A stretch of DNA of 64,000 nt from an uncultured virus (IMG/VR IMGVR_UViG_3300035208_000248) (IMGVR_UViG_3300035208_000248), one strand, 5' to 3'; positions 17,799-29,100 are shown, counted from the stretch's first letter. Notes: a model not told the origin generated them from the sequence alone. Translations and numbers: made by a program.

Positions 17799-18634
17799 AA
17801 ATATTAGGTACGGTAATACAAAATAATATTGTTCAAAATCTATATCATACACTATCTATGCTGGGGCATAATGTGTATTATTGGAATCCGGCACAAACAT
17901 CATTATATGGAGTTGTGGATAAATTAAAACCAGATTTATTTTTTAGTAATAATGAACTTACTTCAAACACATTAGAAGCAATTAAAGAATATAATATTCC
18001 AACAGTAACATTTGGAATAACATTACCTTTTGAACAACAAAAATTAATTTGTACATTTAATACAATTCCAGAAACAATATTATCTTCTATATCAAAACCG
18101 TATTATGTATGTTTACCAGCAGCTAATATATTACATAATATTGATAATACTTTAACACCGTTCGATATATTATATGTGTGTCATCCACCTATGGCACACA
18201 CTACATTAACACAACTAGAGAATTTAAATCAATCATTCAATTCATTAAAAATTGTTGGATCAATTCAAGCACCATATTATTCTTATATTGGACACACCAC
18301 TATCGAAGAAACACTGTCATTAAGTAAAGTCGCACGTCTTACAATTATCAATAATTTAGGTCTTTTATATGATTTTGCATTTTATGATAGTTTTCTACTT
18401 ACAAACCATGCTAATAATTTATATCCACTAATAAACCACAATACAGATTTATTGTCTACAGTTAAACATTATTTAGATTCACCAAAATTAGTTAATAAAA
18501 TTAAAAAAGCAGCTAAGACAATCGCTAAAAATAATACATATCATCATCGTTTAATAGATATATTTAATTTATTAAACTACACCACAGAATCTCAAACATG
18601 TCAGAATTCTCTATTAAAAGTTTTGGAATCTTAA
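17795..18634 (+). CDS. CgeB/YkvP-like glycosyltransferase-related protein
   Basis: KPDLFF and C-terminal NNTYHHRLIDIF motif. Confidence 0.5.
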   Translation: MKILGTVIQNNIVQNLYHTLSMLGHNVYYWNPAQTSLYGVVDKLKPDLFFSNNELTSNTLEAIKEYNIPTVTFGITLPFEQQKLICTFNTIPETILSSISKPYYVCLPAANILHNIDNTLTPFDILYVCHPPMAHTTLTQLENLNQSFNSLKIVGSIQAPYYSYIGHTTIEETLSLSKVARLTIINNLGLLYDFAFYDSFLLTNHANNLYPLINHNTDLLSTVKHYLDSPKLVNKIKKAAKTIAKNNTYHHRLIDIFNLLNYTTESQTCQNSLLKVLES

Positions 18635-19071
18635 TTAATAATTTAAATAATTCACAACATAGTTACATGTTAGTGGATAATATTAATACATTATTAAGAC
18701 AACATTATGAATATAGTCCAATAATTTTTTATCAGAATATAGGTAAGTGTGTTTTACCATTATTATGTTGTCATATGTATATGCAACAAGCATGGGGTTT
18801 TAAAGGTACACTTATTTCTACAGATATTACAACCACTATTATTTTAGACAAATGTTTGACAACTAGAAAAAAGATATTTTATGTGTTTGATCTAGAATGG
18901 ATTACACAATCTAACAAACCGTATTCATTATTCAAATCTATATATGATAATCCTGAAATATCTTTATTAGCACGTAGTTCGTCACATTTTGACATATTAA
19001 AAAAAACATGGAAAACTCCAATAGGCATATTAAATGAGTACAATCATGAAGAACTTATCAAATTTATCTGA
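18598..19071 (+). CDS. Hypothetical protein
   Basis: ORF track; overlapping operon. Confidence 0.55.
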   Translation: MSEFSIKSFGILINNLNNSQHSYMLVDNINTLLRQHYEYSPIIFYQNIGKCVLPLLCCHMYMQQAWGFKGTLISTDITTTIILDKCLTTRKKIFYVFDLEWITQSNKPYSLFKSIYDNPEISLLARSSSHFDILKKTWKTPIGILNEYNHEELIKFI

Positions 19072-19846
19072 AAAATCACTAGAATACAATAAAGAAACTA
19101 TCGAAGAACTGTATGTAAATAAAGGATATAGTTGGACACAAATAGCAGAATTGTATAATTCATATCCTAATAAAATTCGTAGACAAAGTATTCAGTGGGG
19201 TATTAAAAGTCGTACTAAAGCAGAGGCACAGTCTATAGCCTTGTCGTCTGGCCGTACAAAACATCCTACTAAAGGTACAGAAAGGTCTACTGAAACTAAG
19301 ATTAAAATTAGTGAAAAAACAGCATTAGCATGGCAAAATATGTCAGATGAAGATAAAGCTGCTCATGTTCAAAGAGCTAAAGATCAGTGGGCAAATATGA
19401 CCGAATTAGAGCGTCAAAACTTTCAAAAATTAGCTGGTGACGCTATCCGCAAATCTTCAAGGGAGGGATCAAAACTAGAAAAATATTTACATACAGAATT
19501 AACAAAAGCCGGATATTATGTAGAATATCATAAAGAACACTTAATTCTTAATGAAAAATTACATTTGGATATGTTTTTACCTAAAAATAATGTGGTTATT
19601 GAAGTGGATGGAATGTCACACTTTGAACCTGTGTGGGGCCAGAAGGCTTTTCAACGTAATAAAAAGGCCGACGCCGAAAAATCTGGATTGGTTCTATCTA
19701 GAGGTTTGGTGTTAATAAGAATAAAAAATACACAAACAACATTATCTGAAAAATATAAAAGAGATATACTAAGTAAGCTTTTAATTACTTTAGAAAATAT
19801 TAAACAGTCATACCCATCTCGTGAAAATCGTTTAATTACTCTATAA
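19034..19846 (+). CDS. DUF559/Vsr-like endonuclease with N-terminal DNA-binding repeats
   Basis: SKLE...LDMFLP..VVIEVDGMSH...D..K; NUMOD-like ETKIKISE. Confidence 0.7.
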   Translation: MSTIMKNLSNLSEKSLEYNKETIEELYVNKGYSWTQIAELYNSYPNKIRRQSIQWGIKSRTKAEAQSIALSSGRTKHPTKGTERSTETKIKISEKTALAWQNMSDEDKAAHVQRAKDQWANMTELERQNFQKLAGDAIRKSSREGSKLEKYLHTELTKAGYYVEYHKEHLILNEKLHLDMFLPKNNVVIEVDGMSHFEPVWGQKAFQRNKKADAEKSGLVLSRGLVLIRIKNTQTTLSEKYKRDILSKLLITLENIKQSYPSRENRLITL

Positions 19847-19862
19847 TATTAGGAAATATATA

Positions 19863-20609
19863 ATGACTAAATCAAATACTAAAGACGAAGAATTAGAAGA
19901 ACTAGAATTTGAATCTAATACTAAAGATGATGTAGATAGTCCAGATACTATACATAGTCCCACAGATAAAGATTGGAATGATTTTGTGTTATCACAATTT
20001 ACAGATGATGAAAAATTTCACAATAATCCAACACTAAACGGTTTGCGTCGTTTAACAGAATTATTAATTGGTGAAATTATCAGTATTACAACTAATATAG
20101 TACAAGTACCATCTAACGATAATAGTTATAGAGCAAGTGCCATATGTAGTATTAAATTATTATGTAGAGATGATATTATAAAACAGTTTGATGGTGCTGG
20201 TGATGCCTTTGAGGGTAATGTTAATAATGTTTTTAGTAAATATTTAATTAGTATGGCCGAAAGCCGCAGTGAATGTAGATGTTTACGTAGAGCACTCAGA
20301 CTAAAGAATGTGGCAGCCGAAGAATTGTCTGATACTGAAATGGTAGTTGAAACCACTAATAGTATTGATAATAATACTAATATTACAGAAAATCAAATTA
20401 ATTTTATAGATATTTTATGTAAGAGATTGAATATTAATGTTCAAAAGTATATTTTATCACAATATCCAAACATGAAAAAGATTAATGAGTTGACTTATCA
20501 AAATTCTTTAGATGTTCAAAAACAACTGTCAGAATTTCAACAAGCAACAGAAAGTATTCCAGAAACAATAAAAGAATATGATCAAAGTTGGCGTAATATA
20601 TTTATTTAG
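19863..20609 (+). CDS. Putative single-strand annealing/Rad52-like recombination protein
   Basis: GLRRL, GAGDA and MAESRSECRCLRRAL motifs; C-terminal ITENQINFI. Confidence 0.45.
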   Translation: MTKSNTKDEELEELEFESNTKDDVDSPDTIHSPTDKDWNDFVLSQFTDDEKFHNNPTLNGLRRLTELLIGEIISITTNIVQVPSNDNSYRASAICSIKLLCRDDIIKQFDGAGDAFEGNVNNVFSKYLISMAESRSECRCLRRALRLKNVAAEELSDTEMVVETTNSIDNNTNITENQINFIDILCKRLNINVQKYILSQYPNMKKINELTYQNSLDVQKQLSEFQQATESIPETIKEYDQSWRNIFI

Positions 20610-20624
20610 TATATAAGGAACCAT

Positions 20625-20900
20625 ATGAGACCTACATCTTATAGATATCAAATACCAGCTAAGTGTTGTGGTAATTGTAAATATTCGGCAACCCCAGAAT
20701 ATAAAGATGATTTATTATGTATATATGGTGACACATTGATAAAATGTAACTTATTAGACGATGGTAAGTATGATTTAGAAATAGGCAGCCAAACAATAGG
20801 TCTAATGGATGGTGATGAATATGATAAAATATGGGGTGGTAGAGTAGTGGATTTCAACGATATATGTGACGAATGGGAAAGTGTAGAATTAATAAACTAA
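20625..20900 (+). CDS. Small Cys-rich hypothetical protein
   Basis: CCGNCKY...ICDEW; AAGGA RBS. Confidence 0.6.
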   Translation: MRPTSYRYQIPAKCCGNCKYSATPEYKDDLLCIYGDTLIKCNLLDDGKYDLEIGSQTIGLMDGDEYDKIWGGRVVDFNDICDEWESVELIN

Positions 20901-20917
20901 AATTAACAATAGGATGA

Positions 20918-21262
20918 ATGATGAAAGCTATTTTTAAAGCTACAGACCAATTGACATTAGAGTTTGATAATGTAGACCAAAAAACACTATTTACTGAATT
21001 GTGTAATTGTCAAGAAGTATTTAATAATGAATCTTGCGGAAAGTGTAAGAGTACTAATATTAAATATTCTGTGAGAGAAGCACAGGGTGGTAAATATATA
21101 TATCACGAAAAAATTTGCCTAAATTGTTACGCACGTTTAGGTTATGGTGTACATCAAACCGGAGATACTCTTTTTCCAAAGAGAAAAAATGCAGAAACAA
21201 ATGAAAAACTAGCAAATAATGGTTGGTTAAAGTATAATACTCAAACCCAACAATTAGAATAA
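20918..21262 (+). CDS. Hypothetical Zn-ribbon protein
   Basis: CGKC...CLNC. Confidence 0.6.
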   Translation: MMKAIFKATDQLTLEFDNVDQKTLFTELCNCQEVFNNESCGKCKSTNIKYSVREAQGGKYIYHEKICLNCYARLGYGVHQTGDTLFPKRKNAETNEKLANNGWLKYNTQTQQLE

Positions 21263-21494
21263 AAATATTAATTCTATTTAATTATAATTTAAAATTCCAC
21301 AAATAGATGTGTTTTGATCAATAATTCTAATAGATTTAATTTTTATATTATGAATTAATTATATAAAAAAGCCACACGGTTTAAAAAAGGAATAATATTA
21401 CCTATATTTATAAATATATCTGAAAGGTATACTTTTATGGAACATTTAGTAATATTCCACCATAATTTAAACAGGTAGTAGGAGTAACCCCAAA

Positions 21495-21824
21495 ATGCAA
21501 AATCTAAATATATTTACTTTTATTATATTTGTTTTTGGTGCCTGTGGATGTGCCCAGTTGATTATTGAGTCTTATATTTTTGAACCATTTAGAAATTGGA
21601 TTAAACAAATGTTTCCATCGACAATAGTTGACGGCACAACAAAAAAATCTTGGATATACTATTTGATAACATGTTATTCTTGTTTAGGTTTTTGGTTAGG
21701 AATATTTTTTGCTATATTATTATTCACATATAATCCAATAATTCTATTATTATGTGGTGGATTTATTTCTTTCTTTAATACATTTTTAGCAGCTACTTTA
21801 GACTTTCTTCAAAAAAAATCGTAA
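21495..21824 (+). CDS. DUF1360-like membrane protein
   Basis: Transmembrane segments, SYIFEPFR and LITCYSCLGFW motif; AGGAG RBS. Confidence 0.6.
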   Translation: MQNLNIFTFIIFVFGACGCAQLIIESYIFEPFRNWIKQMFPSTIVDGTTKKSWIYYLITCYSCLGFWLGIFFAILLFTYNPIILLLCGGFISFFNTFLAATLDFLQKKS

Positions 21825-21842
21825 AAAGAAAAATTTTAATAC

Positions 21843-21870
21843 TTGACAATGAACAAAGACAGTGTATAAT
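21843..21870 (+). promoter_or_regulatory. Sigma70-type promoter
   Basis: TTGACA, 16-nt spacer, TATAAT. Confidence 0.65.
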
Positions 21871-21917
21871 ATAGTAAAATCACCTATTCTTCTTAATATA
21901 TTTTAATAAAAAATTTC

Positions 21918-22133
21918 ATGGCTGATTGTAAATGGTTTTTAAATTCTGACGGACATCCACAATGTTCTATCTGTGGTTTTATTTTTCCTAAACCTTATGA
22001 TAAACCATTATCTTCACTACATAGAAATTGTACATCCGTTTCTTCATCTTTACCTAAATCTGATGGTAGATTATATAATGAAAGAAAACCGGGTGGATGT
22101 GGAGGATGTTTACATAAGGGTGATCTTATTTAA
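21918..22133 (+). CDS. Small Cys-rich protein
   Basis: CSICG...HRNC...GGCGGC. Confidence 0.55.
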   Translation: MADCKWFLNSDGHPQCSICGFIFPKPYDKPLSSLHRNCTSVSSSLPKSDGRLYNERKPGGCGGCLHKGDLI

Positions 22134-22161
22134 TACAATTTAATATGAAGGAAAATCTATT

Positions 22162-23067
22162 ATGAAATTTAGAGCTTTTACATTGGTAGAACTTTTGGTG
22201 GTAATTGTTATTATTAGTATGTTGGTTGCATTAATTGTACCAGCAGTCATATCATCTAGAGATAGGGCACGTATTGCACAATGTATGAACAACCAACATG
22301 AGTTAAGTATAGCTATCTCTTCATATGATTTAGCTAAAAAATGTTTACCAGGAGTTTTAAATGTTAACCACGATACTATTATAGGTTGGCCACCAACCTT
22401 ATTACCTTTTATAGGTAGAGAAGATTTATGGAAAGATATTGTGAAAGATGATAATGAGGTTATTATACAACAAGGTTGGAGATATGGTTATAATATCAAT
22501 ACTACACCAACACCTAAAATCAACATATTCGTATGTCCAAACGATAACGATATTTCTGTCGATTGTCCATTATCTTATGTTGTCAATTTAGGACTATATA
22601 ATGCAAATCCCAATAACACATTTCACCAGAACGGGCAAACTGGTTCCGTAATCATTCCTGGACTTTTTAGAGATTGTTCAAACAATATCAATAATAAAAT
22701 ATCTCTGTCATCTATATCTTCACCATCTACAACCGTTATCCTTGGTGAAAAAATTATTACAATGGTGTCACAACCAGGAGATTATATACCAGCAACACCA
22801 CCTATTGGTAGACAATGGATCGATACTGATTATTTAAAACTCGGCTTTTCATGGCCTAATTACCCAGCTATTAATCCTAAACCAGAACCGGAAGATGTAT
22901 TACGATTTGCTCAAATTGGACAACACTTTTTGATTCCACCAGCATCAGTTAAATATTGGGCACCATTACCATCTACACATCCTGGAATTGTTATTATAAC
23001 ATTTGCTGATGGTCATACAGACATAGTATCTAATGATGTGTCTTGTGAAGTTTATAAGGCACTATGA
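22162..23067 (+). CDS. DUF1559-family prepilin-type protein (N-methylation motif, H-X9-DG C-terminus)
   Basis: AFTLVELLVVIVII...PAV...RARIAQCMNN, FVCP and HPGIVIITFADGH. Confidence 0.88.
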   Translation: MKFRAFTLVELLVVIVIISMLVALIVPAVISSRDRARIAQCMNNQHELSIAISSYDLAKKCLPGVLNVNHDTIIGWPPTLLPFIGREDLWKDIVKDDNEVIIQQGWRYGYNINTTPTPKINIFVCPNDNDISVDCPLSYVVNLGLYNANPNNTFHQNGQTGSVIIPGLFRDCSNNINNKISLSSISSPSTTVILGEKIITMVSQPGDYIPATPPIGRQWIDTDYLKLGFSWPNYPAINPKPEPEDVLRFAQIGQHFLIPPASVKYWAPLPSTHPGIVIITFADGHTDIVSNDVSCEVYKAL

Positions 23068-25353
23068 TCGTTTTCTACTATTATTTTTAGAACCTGGACC
23101 ACTTAAAGGAGGTGGGGTTGGTATAATAGGGGGTTTATGAATTTCTGACAATATTTCTGGTGAATGATTTACAACAGCTTTTGATATATTAGATGATTCT
23201 AACATTTTTTTACCACATCCTCCACATCCACCAGTTGAACGTTGTCCGCTTAAACGGGTGGAAGATACTATAGGTTTAGATGATATAACAGATGATAGTT
23301 TTGGATTAAATATGATTTCTTGAAGTTGATTATAAATATTCAGAGCAATATCATGGTTTGGAAAATCTGAAACATTTACAGAAGCCGGTTTATTAGGTGT
23401 CCATTTAAATCTAGCTAAATGTATAAGTAGTTTTTGTCCATCTAAATCATATTGTGTAGCATTACGATATTTATCACGTATTGGACGATGAGGATTTATA
23501 AAATAGTTAGTTTTTCCTAAAATTGCTCCTAATAAGAAACTTTCCTTATCCCCAAGCATAAACTTATAAGACACCTTCCAATTTTGGTTGATTTTCTGAG
23601 TATGATATAATCCTTCTAAACATTTTTCTTTACGAATTAACATTTGTCCAGATTCAATTTGATTACGTCCGTGAATACTATTAATATCAATATGATAAAT
23701 ATTTTTAAGTTTTTTTGCTTTAGACCTTTTCCATTTAGCTGTATCTAACCACATAACTAAATCATGTTTTTTAAATTCTTCATGTTCAAATAGATATGTT
23801 GGGTCTTGCACCGGAAAAGCGTCTGCATCTAAAAATAATATTTCGTCAAACCTACTATGTAACACAGCCTCCACCTTAGCTTGCCACCCGCCTTTTTCTC
23901 TAGTGTTGTCTATAGATGTACCACCTAAGTCTATTAAAGAAATATTAGAAATATTATTCAAGATAATATTTTGCCAAGATTCCGATAGTTCTGGACCTAA
24001 ATAAAACCATTCTATAGGTAGAGTACAACCCATATGTCTTAATAAATAACAGTTTAAAAACGCATTTAAAGCATAGGTGTCTCCACCGGCTAACATAACT
24101 ATACCACGAACCGTAGATTCAGATGTAGAAATTTCAAATCTTGATGGAACAGGAAATATTTCTGATAAAACACTTTTTAAAGAATCTGTTAATCCGGCAT
24201 TATTATAACCAAGATGTATCTTATTAGGTATGATATTTTTAATTGATTCTACATTATTAGACCTACTATAAAATGAAGCCTTGTCTTTTCCTAAGATTTT
24301 AGATTGTACATTTTCCATATGATTTAAAACTAAGGTATTAATACAAAAACCATTATGTTCAGTATAAGGAATATTACTGACAATATTTTCAAATTCAGAT
24401 GCTAAATGTGGTTGAAAAACATGTGTATCATAATTAATAGCTGGTAAATTTTTAGACACTAAATAGTCTCTAGTCTTTCGCATTCTACGATGCCACCTAT
24501 TGGTTCCCCAGTTTTCTTTAGACGACATATCTTCGTTTCTATAAACTGGTAAATCGTGTAAATTAACCATAGATAATAAGGCTTGGTCATCAGAACAAAA
24601 AATAAATTTTTCACTTATGCCAGCGGAAATAGCGGCTCTTACTTTATCTATAATATTTGCATCTTTATTGTAACGATATGTGTCAGACATAGGAATGTGA
24701 ACAACGTTGATTAGCCAATCAGGTTTATAGCCAACAACAAATACTCTTCCAAGACCAACGCCATATGTTTCTAAAGAACGTAAAGAATATCGTAATTCGT
24801 TATTATTCCATTTAGAACCATTTCCAATAGTATAAACAACATCAATAGGCTGTTTGTTGTTTTGTATTATAGTTGATATTTCTGATTTTGGTAACAGATT
24901 CTTCGCGGCGTCCTTCTCGGCCAATCGGCAGGCGTGGAGGATGAGTTGCTTGATCGCTGTGTCTCGCCCCGGCAATGCTGCTAAGAACTTCCACCATCGC
25001 AACCGCTTGCCGCCCTTTGGTTTCACGTCAAACCACTTTTGCTTGTCGGCCTGTTCGGCGAGATAGCCCACATACTTGTCGATGTTCGCACGTACTCCGT
25101 CTGGGCCGGTAGCATTCATTTCGGCAATCATCGCTCCGCAGCCACATGTTAGCGTGGTAGTTTCACCGAAACATTTACGGATGAGGTTGTGGGTGTGATC
25201 GCCGACTTGTTGAAATTGTCTCGTTCTAGTTAGTATATCACACATACGATGGTAGACTTTGGCATTTGTTGTTTTTATATACCCACATAAAACGCACTCA
25301 TGTCGGTATATCCGATTTTCGATAACAGTAGTGGTAAAACGACACTCAATCAT
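23062..25353 (-). CDS. Multidomain glycosylation protein: Stealth-like domain + GT-A mannosyltransferase-like domain
   Basis: IDVVYT...ELRYSLRSLE...KPDW...FIFCSDD (Stealth-like); LPIEWF, FDEILFLDAD, ESGQ, GDKESF (GT71-like). Confidence 0.7.
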   Translation of the reverse strand: MIECRFTTTVIENRIYRHECVLCGYIKTTNAKVYHRMCDILTRTRQFQQVGDHTHNLIRKCFGETTTLTCGCGAMIAEMNATGPDGVRANIDKYVGYLAEQADKQKWFDVKPKGGKRLRWWKFLAALPGRDTAIKQLILHACRLAEKDAAKNLLPKSEISTIIQNNKQPIDVVYTIGNGSKWNNNELRYSLRSLETYGVGLGRVFVVGYKPDWLINVVHIPMSDTYRYNKDANIIDKVRAAISAGISEKFIFCSDDQALLSMVNLHDLPVYRNEDMSSKENWGTNRWHRRMRKTRDYLVSKNLPAINYDTHVFQPHLASEFENIVSNIPYTEHNGFCINTLVLNHMENVQSKILGKDKASFYSRSNNVESIKNIIPNKIHLGYNNAGLTDSLKSVLSEIFPVPSRFEISTSESTVRGIVMLAGGDTYALNAFLNCYLLRHMGCTLPIEWFYLGPELSESWQNIILNNISNISLIDLGGTSIDNTREKGGWQAKVEAVLHSRFDEILFLDADAFPVQDPTYLFEHEEFKKHDLVMWLDTAKWKRSKAKKLKNIYHIDINSIHGRNQIESGQMLIRKEKCLEGLYHTQKINQNWKVSYKFMLGDKESFLLGAILGKTNYFINPHRPIRDKYRNATQYDLDGQKLLIHLARFKWTPNKPASVNVSDFPNHDIALNIYNQLQEIIFNPKLSSVISSKPIVSSTRLSGQRSTGGCGGCGKKMLESSNISKAVVNHSPEILSEIHKPPIIPTPPPLSGPGSKNNSRKRS

Positions 25354-26108
25354 ACCGCTTCTAGTATTTCGAAAGTTGCTTCATCACCATCCCAAGTTGT
25401 GCCTGGACACGCGCCACTATCAGAAGCCGGTCCACTGTATGATCCTACGATGTCTGTACGACAATTTATCGGGTTGGTTAGGGATAATGATGATGGAGTA
25501 TATTTATAAAACCATAAATTATAAGTACCAAAAGATATCTGAACAAACCAGTGCGGCTGTGGCTGTTGATATGGTCGCAATTGTAAGTCTATTATCAAAT
25601 AACCTATAGCAGGACAAATAATATCACCAATATACTGCCAACGGCAACCAGGGTATGAACCAGATTGTTGTTGCAATTCATAATCTCCATTGAGGTCAAT
25701 GTCACCACCACAGTCATTACAACGACATTCATAAGGATTGACGTAGTAATACATGTTTACTATAATTGGTATACTACTAAGCCTGGCAGTTAGCCTGGAA
25801 GGAGTTGTATTAGACAAACAATACGCACATTCAATGAACTCGACGAACCCGACTAACGAACTCGACGAACTCGACGAACTCGACGAACTCGACGAACTCG
25901 ACGAACTCGAACTTTCATCACAACAACATTCTTTACCTCTTTGTTGTGAAAAATTTCTAATAGTAGGCCAGTATAAATTACACCACCACGGTTTGTTACG
26001 ACTATTAACACACGGTTCACAACCAGCTAAAATTGGGATTTTTTTAGACTTAGATTTAGGCACAATTAAACCACTATCTAATTTTACATATTTAGAATTG
26101 TTTTTCAT
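25350..26108 (-). CDS. Cys-rich hypothetical protein with poly-Ser tract
   Basis: ORF track; AGGAGAG RBS upstream. Confidence 0.6.
   Translation of the reverse strand: MKNNSKYVKLDSGLIVPKSKSKKIPILAGCEPCVNSRNKPWWCNLYWPTIRNFSQQRGKECCCDESSSSSSSSSSSSSSSSSSSLVGFVEFIECAYCLSNTTPSRLTARLSSIPIIVNMYYYVNPYECRCNDCGGDIDLNGDYELQQQSGSYPGCRWQYIGDIICPAIGYLIIDLQLRPYQQPQPHWFVQISFGTYNLWFYKYTPSSLSLTNPINCRTDIVGSYSGPASDSGACPGTTWDGDEATFEILEAV
25858..25910. repeat. 9-bp tandem repeat GAACTCGAC, 5 perfect copies plus a partial
   Basis: Directly visible; encodes poly-Ser on the - strand. Confidence 0.9.
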
Positions 26109-26123
26109 ACATCTTCTCTCCTT

Positions 26124-29100
26124 CTAACAAGAATTCTCACAATCATAATCAAAATCAAGAGGATGCCATGCCCATTCGCTATCGTCATCATACATAAAAA
26201 TAATTTTTCCCCTAGTACCAGCAGCAATAGTATAATTATCTGGACTGTTTTTTACTATGCCGGTTGTATCCCATGTTGATCCATTTCCTAATTTAAGATC
26301 AGTAACATTAAAAGTACTATCTGCTGGACATACATCACCAGTGGTTGTAGCCCATGCAACTCCTAATGATGTACCACCAAATATCCAAAATTCATCAACC
26401 TTATTATTATACACAATATACGCCAAATCACCACTAGAATAAGAAACATCTAATTTATTAGACACTGGAACCGTAACGCCACTGGTTGAATAATCTATAA
26501 CTTGTCCACCGCTATTATATATAGTAGGACCATCTAAAATAAATGCCGTTCCATTACTTTTAGGACCAAGACCACCAGAAATCGTACCCAACATCATTGA
26601 ATAAGAAGGTGGTGACACCCAAACTCCTCTTTGACGATCATATCTTAAATCCACAGGAGCCACTGGCCATGTTTGTGGTTTTCTCAACCAACTATCTAAA
26701 AAATTATCTTGTAAATTAGTAGCAGTAAATGTTCCTCCTGATGCATCTGTTACATTATCAGCGGCATTTGGAATAGGTTTGCCGTCTGTATCATATCCCC
26801 AAGATTGCATCAACAGTGGACCACGTAATGCTAATAATCTATAATCTTCCGCATAATCATTTGTCGTTTCTCCACTAAAATTAGGAATAATCAATCCTTG
26901 ACCCTGACTACCAGACGGATAACCACTTTCTCGGCCAAGTATTAAAAAGTCATGTCCTACACCAGAAGAACAAGTGCCAGACGATCTTAGTGTAGCATCG
27001 TCACCAGGATTTTGTAAAGGTTGTAAATAAGAATTAGAAATTTGTAACCAATATTCAGGAGTACCACTATTATATACAGGAAACTGAGCACCTAAAGGAG
27101 TAGCTAAATCTGTAGCTGTATTTAATGGTGTAGCTAATCTTGGTAATCCTCCATCTCCATATAATGATATCGGCCTTAATAAACCTTCTAAAGACATAAA
27201 AGCTTTATTTTCATAACCAGCCAATTCACTATATACGTCAGAAAATGGTTCTGTAACAACATTTGTAAATTTATAACCATTAATAGTATTCGACATAGAA
27301 CCAACCAACAATGGATGGGCAGTTTGACTAAGACCCATAATACCAACATCCTGTAGGTTTAGTCGATAGTTACGTTGTCCGCCTCTTAATTCTGAGTTGA
27401 AAGACGCTTTAGAAGCAAGCAAAAATCTATTACTAAAAACTTTTTGAGCTTTTAACGATAATTGTCCAACCTGTTTTAATCTATCGGCGTTATATTTAGT
27501 AAAGCGACCAAACTTAGGTGTATAAGTACTCATCGTATAGGTTGTTTGTATACCTTGTGTACTAATAGAAACATTAATACTCGTAATATTTGGACCATAT
27601 GCACCGGTCCATCTACCAGGAGATTTCCAAGACACACAAGAATTCTTTTTAGAAGTACCAACATTAACTGATGTTAATGATATAGTACGATTTTTTACAC
27701 ATTGACTACCGGCTGCAAACAATCCACCAGCAACAGCACCTAATTCAGCTCCAAGAGGAAGAGTTGGATAACCTGGAACAGTTATTTCACCTTTTTCACC
27801 AGCCTGCATATTCGTCAATCCTTCATCTGCTTTTGATTGACCAGCAATATTCATATACTGGTAGCTATTATATTCCCACGGCACTAAACCTTCATCTTGC
27901 TCGATTTTTGTACCACCCATTAAACCAAGTTTAAACCAAGGTCCATAAGTCAACAGATTACTATGAATACCAAACGCCGCACCATAAGGAACAGTGTCAT
28001 AAGTATAAGGAAAATAATTTTTAGTAGTTTTACTACCAGCCTGTTTATCTAATTCAATTAGTTTAGTTTTAGTATTTTCAAACCATCCAGCAGATTTATC
28101 ATAAGTGTGTCTATAAGCATCGGCACACATAATTAAATGTCTAGTATGAGCAGATAGAGTATTATCGGCAATACCACTATTAGGATTTAAAAATGCATCA
28201 TTTAATATTGGAACACCACCAGCAATGTTTAAAACCGCTCTTGGACCTGTAGCAGTTAATTTATTTTCAAATACATATTCTGGATCAACCTGTGCTTTAA
28301 TATAAATTTTGTCGCCAAGAATACCATAGGTATCACCCAAAAAAGATACATCTTTAGGAATACTAGATGTACTTGTGTCGTTTAATACAATTAAAGCATT
28401 GATTCTATTATCTTCATGTTGAAAAAAACCAAGATATGGACTATTTCTAGCTATACCTAATATATTTTGTTCTGTCCAACCACCATCTGTAGGATATTCA
28501 CTAATAAGAATTTGGGCGTTTTCTTCATCAATACGAGCACATGTATATGGCACTCTAACTTGAAAACTTTTTCCTAATCTTTCAGCAAAACTCAACACCC
28601 ACTGATGTAAAGTATGTGCATCTTCCCATTGTTGTTTAAAGGCTCGTTCTTCTAAATATCCGTCTATTGCATCAGGCAATAAGGTTTTAGTTGGTGGATG
28701 TAATTGTAAATGACCAACCTGTAATCCAGCATCCCCCTCCATATATGCAAACATATTATTAACATCTGTTTTAGATATTAAACCAGATAATGCAACACCA
28801 ATAGACGATTTGGCTCTCCCATCTCCACCAACAGCATTCGCAAGAACAGAAATCATTTCGGTCCATTGGTCAAATCCAGCTAGAGCCGCCATCATTTCTG
28901 TTTCTGTAATATATGCATATCTACTTCCATTAATTAAATCACCAACAAAATTAACCCCAGAAGATGTAAGATTAGTATTAATCCACGTAGCATCTACATC
29001 AATAATCCACTGATTAAATACATCATCTAACACCGGTACAATCGTATTATTTGTTAGCGGTTCTAATCCAAAATATGGTAAAATAATATCGTTTATATCT

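Noticed and set aside
25753..26127. + strand ORF with (ELD)n repeat
   Set aside because: Antisense shadow of the 9-bp repeat inside a - strand operon.
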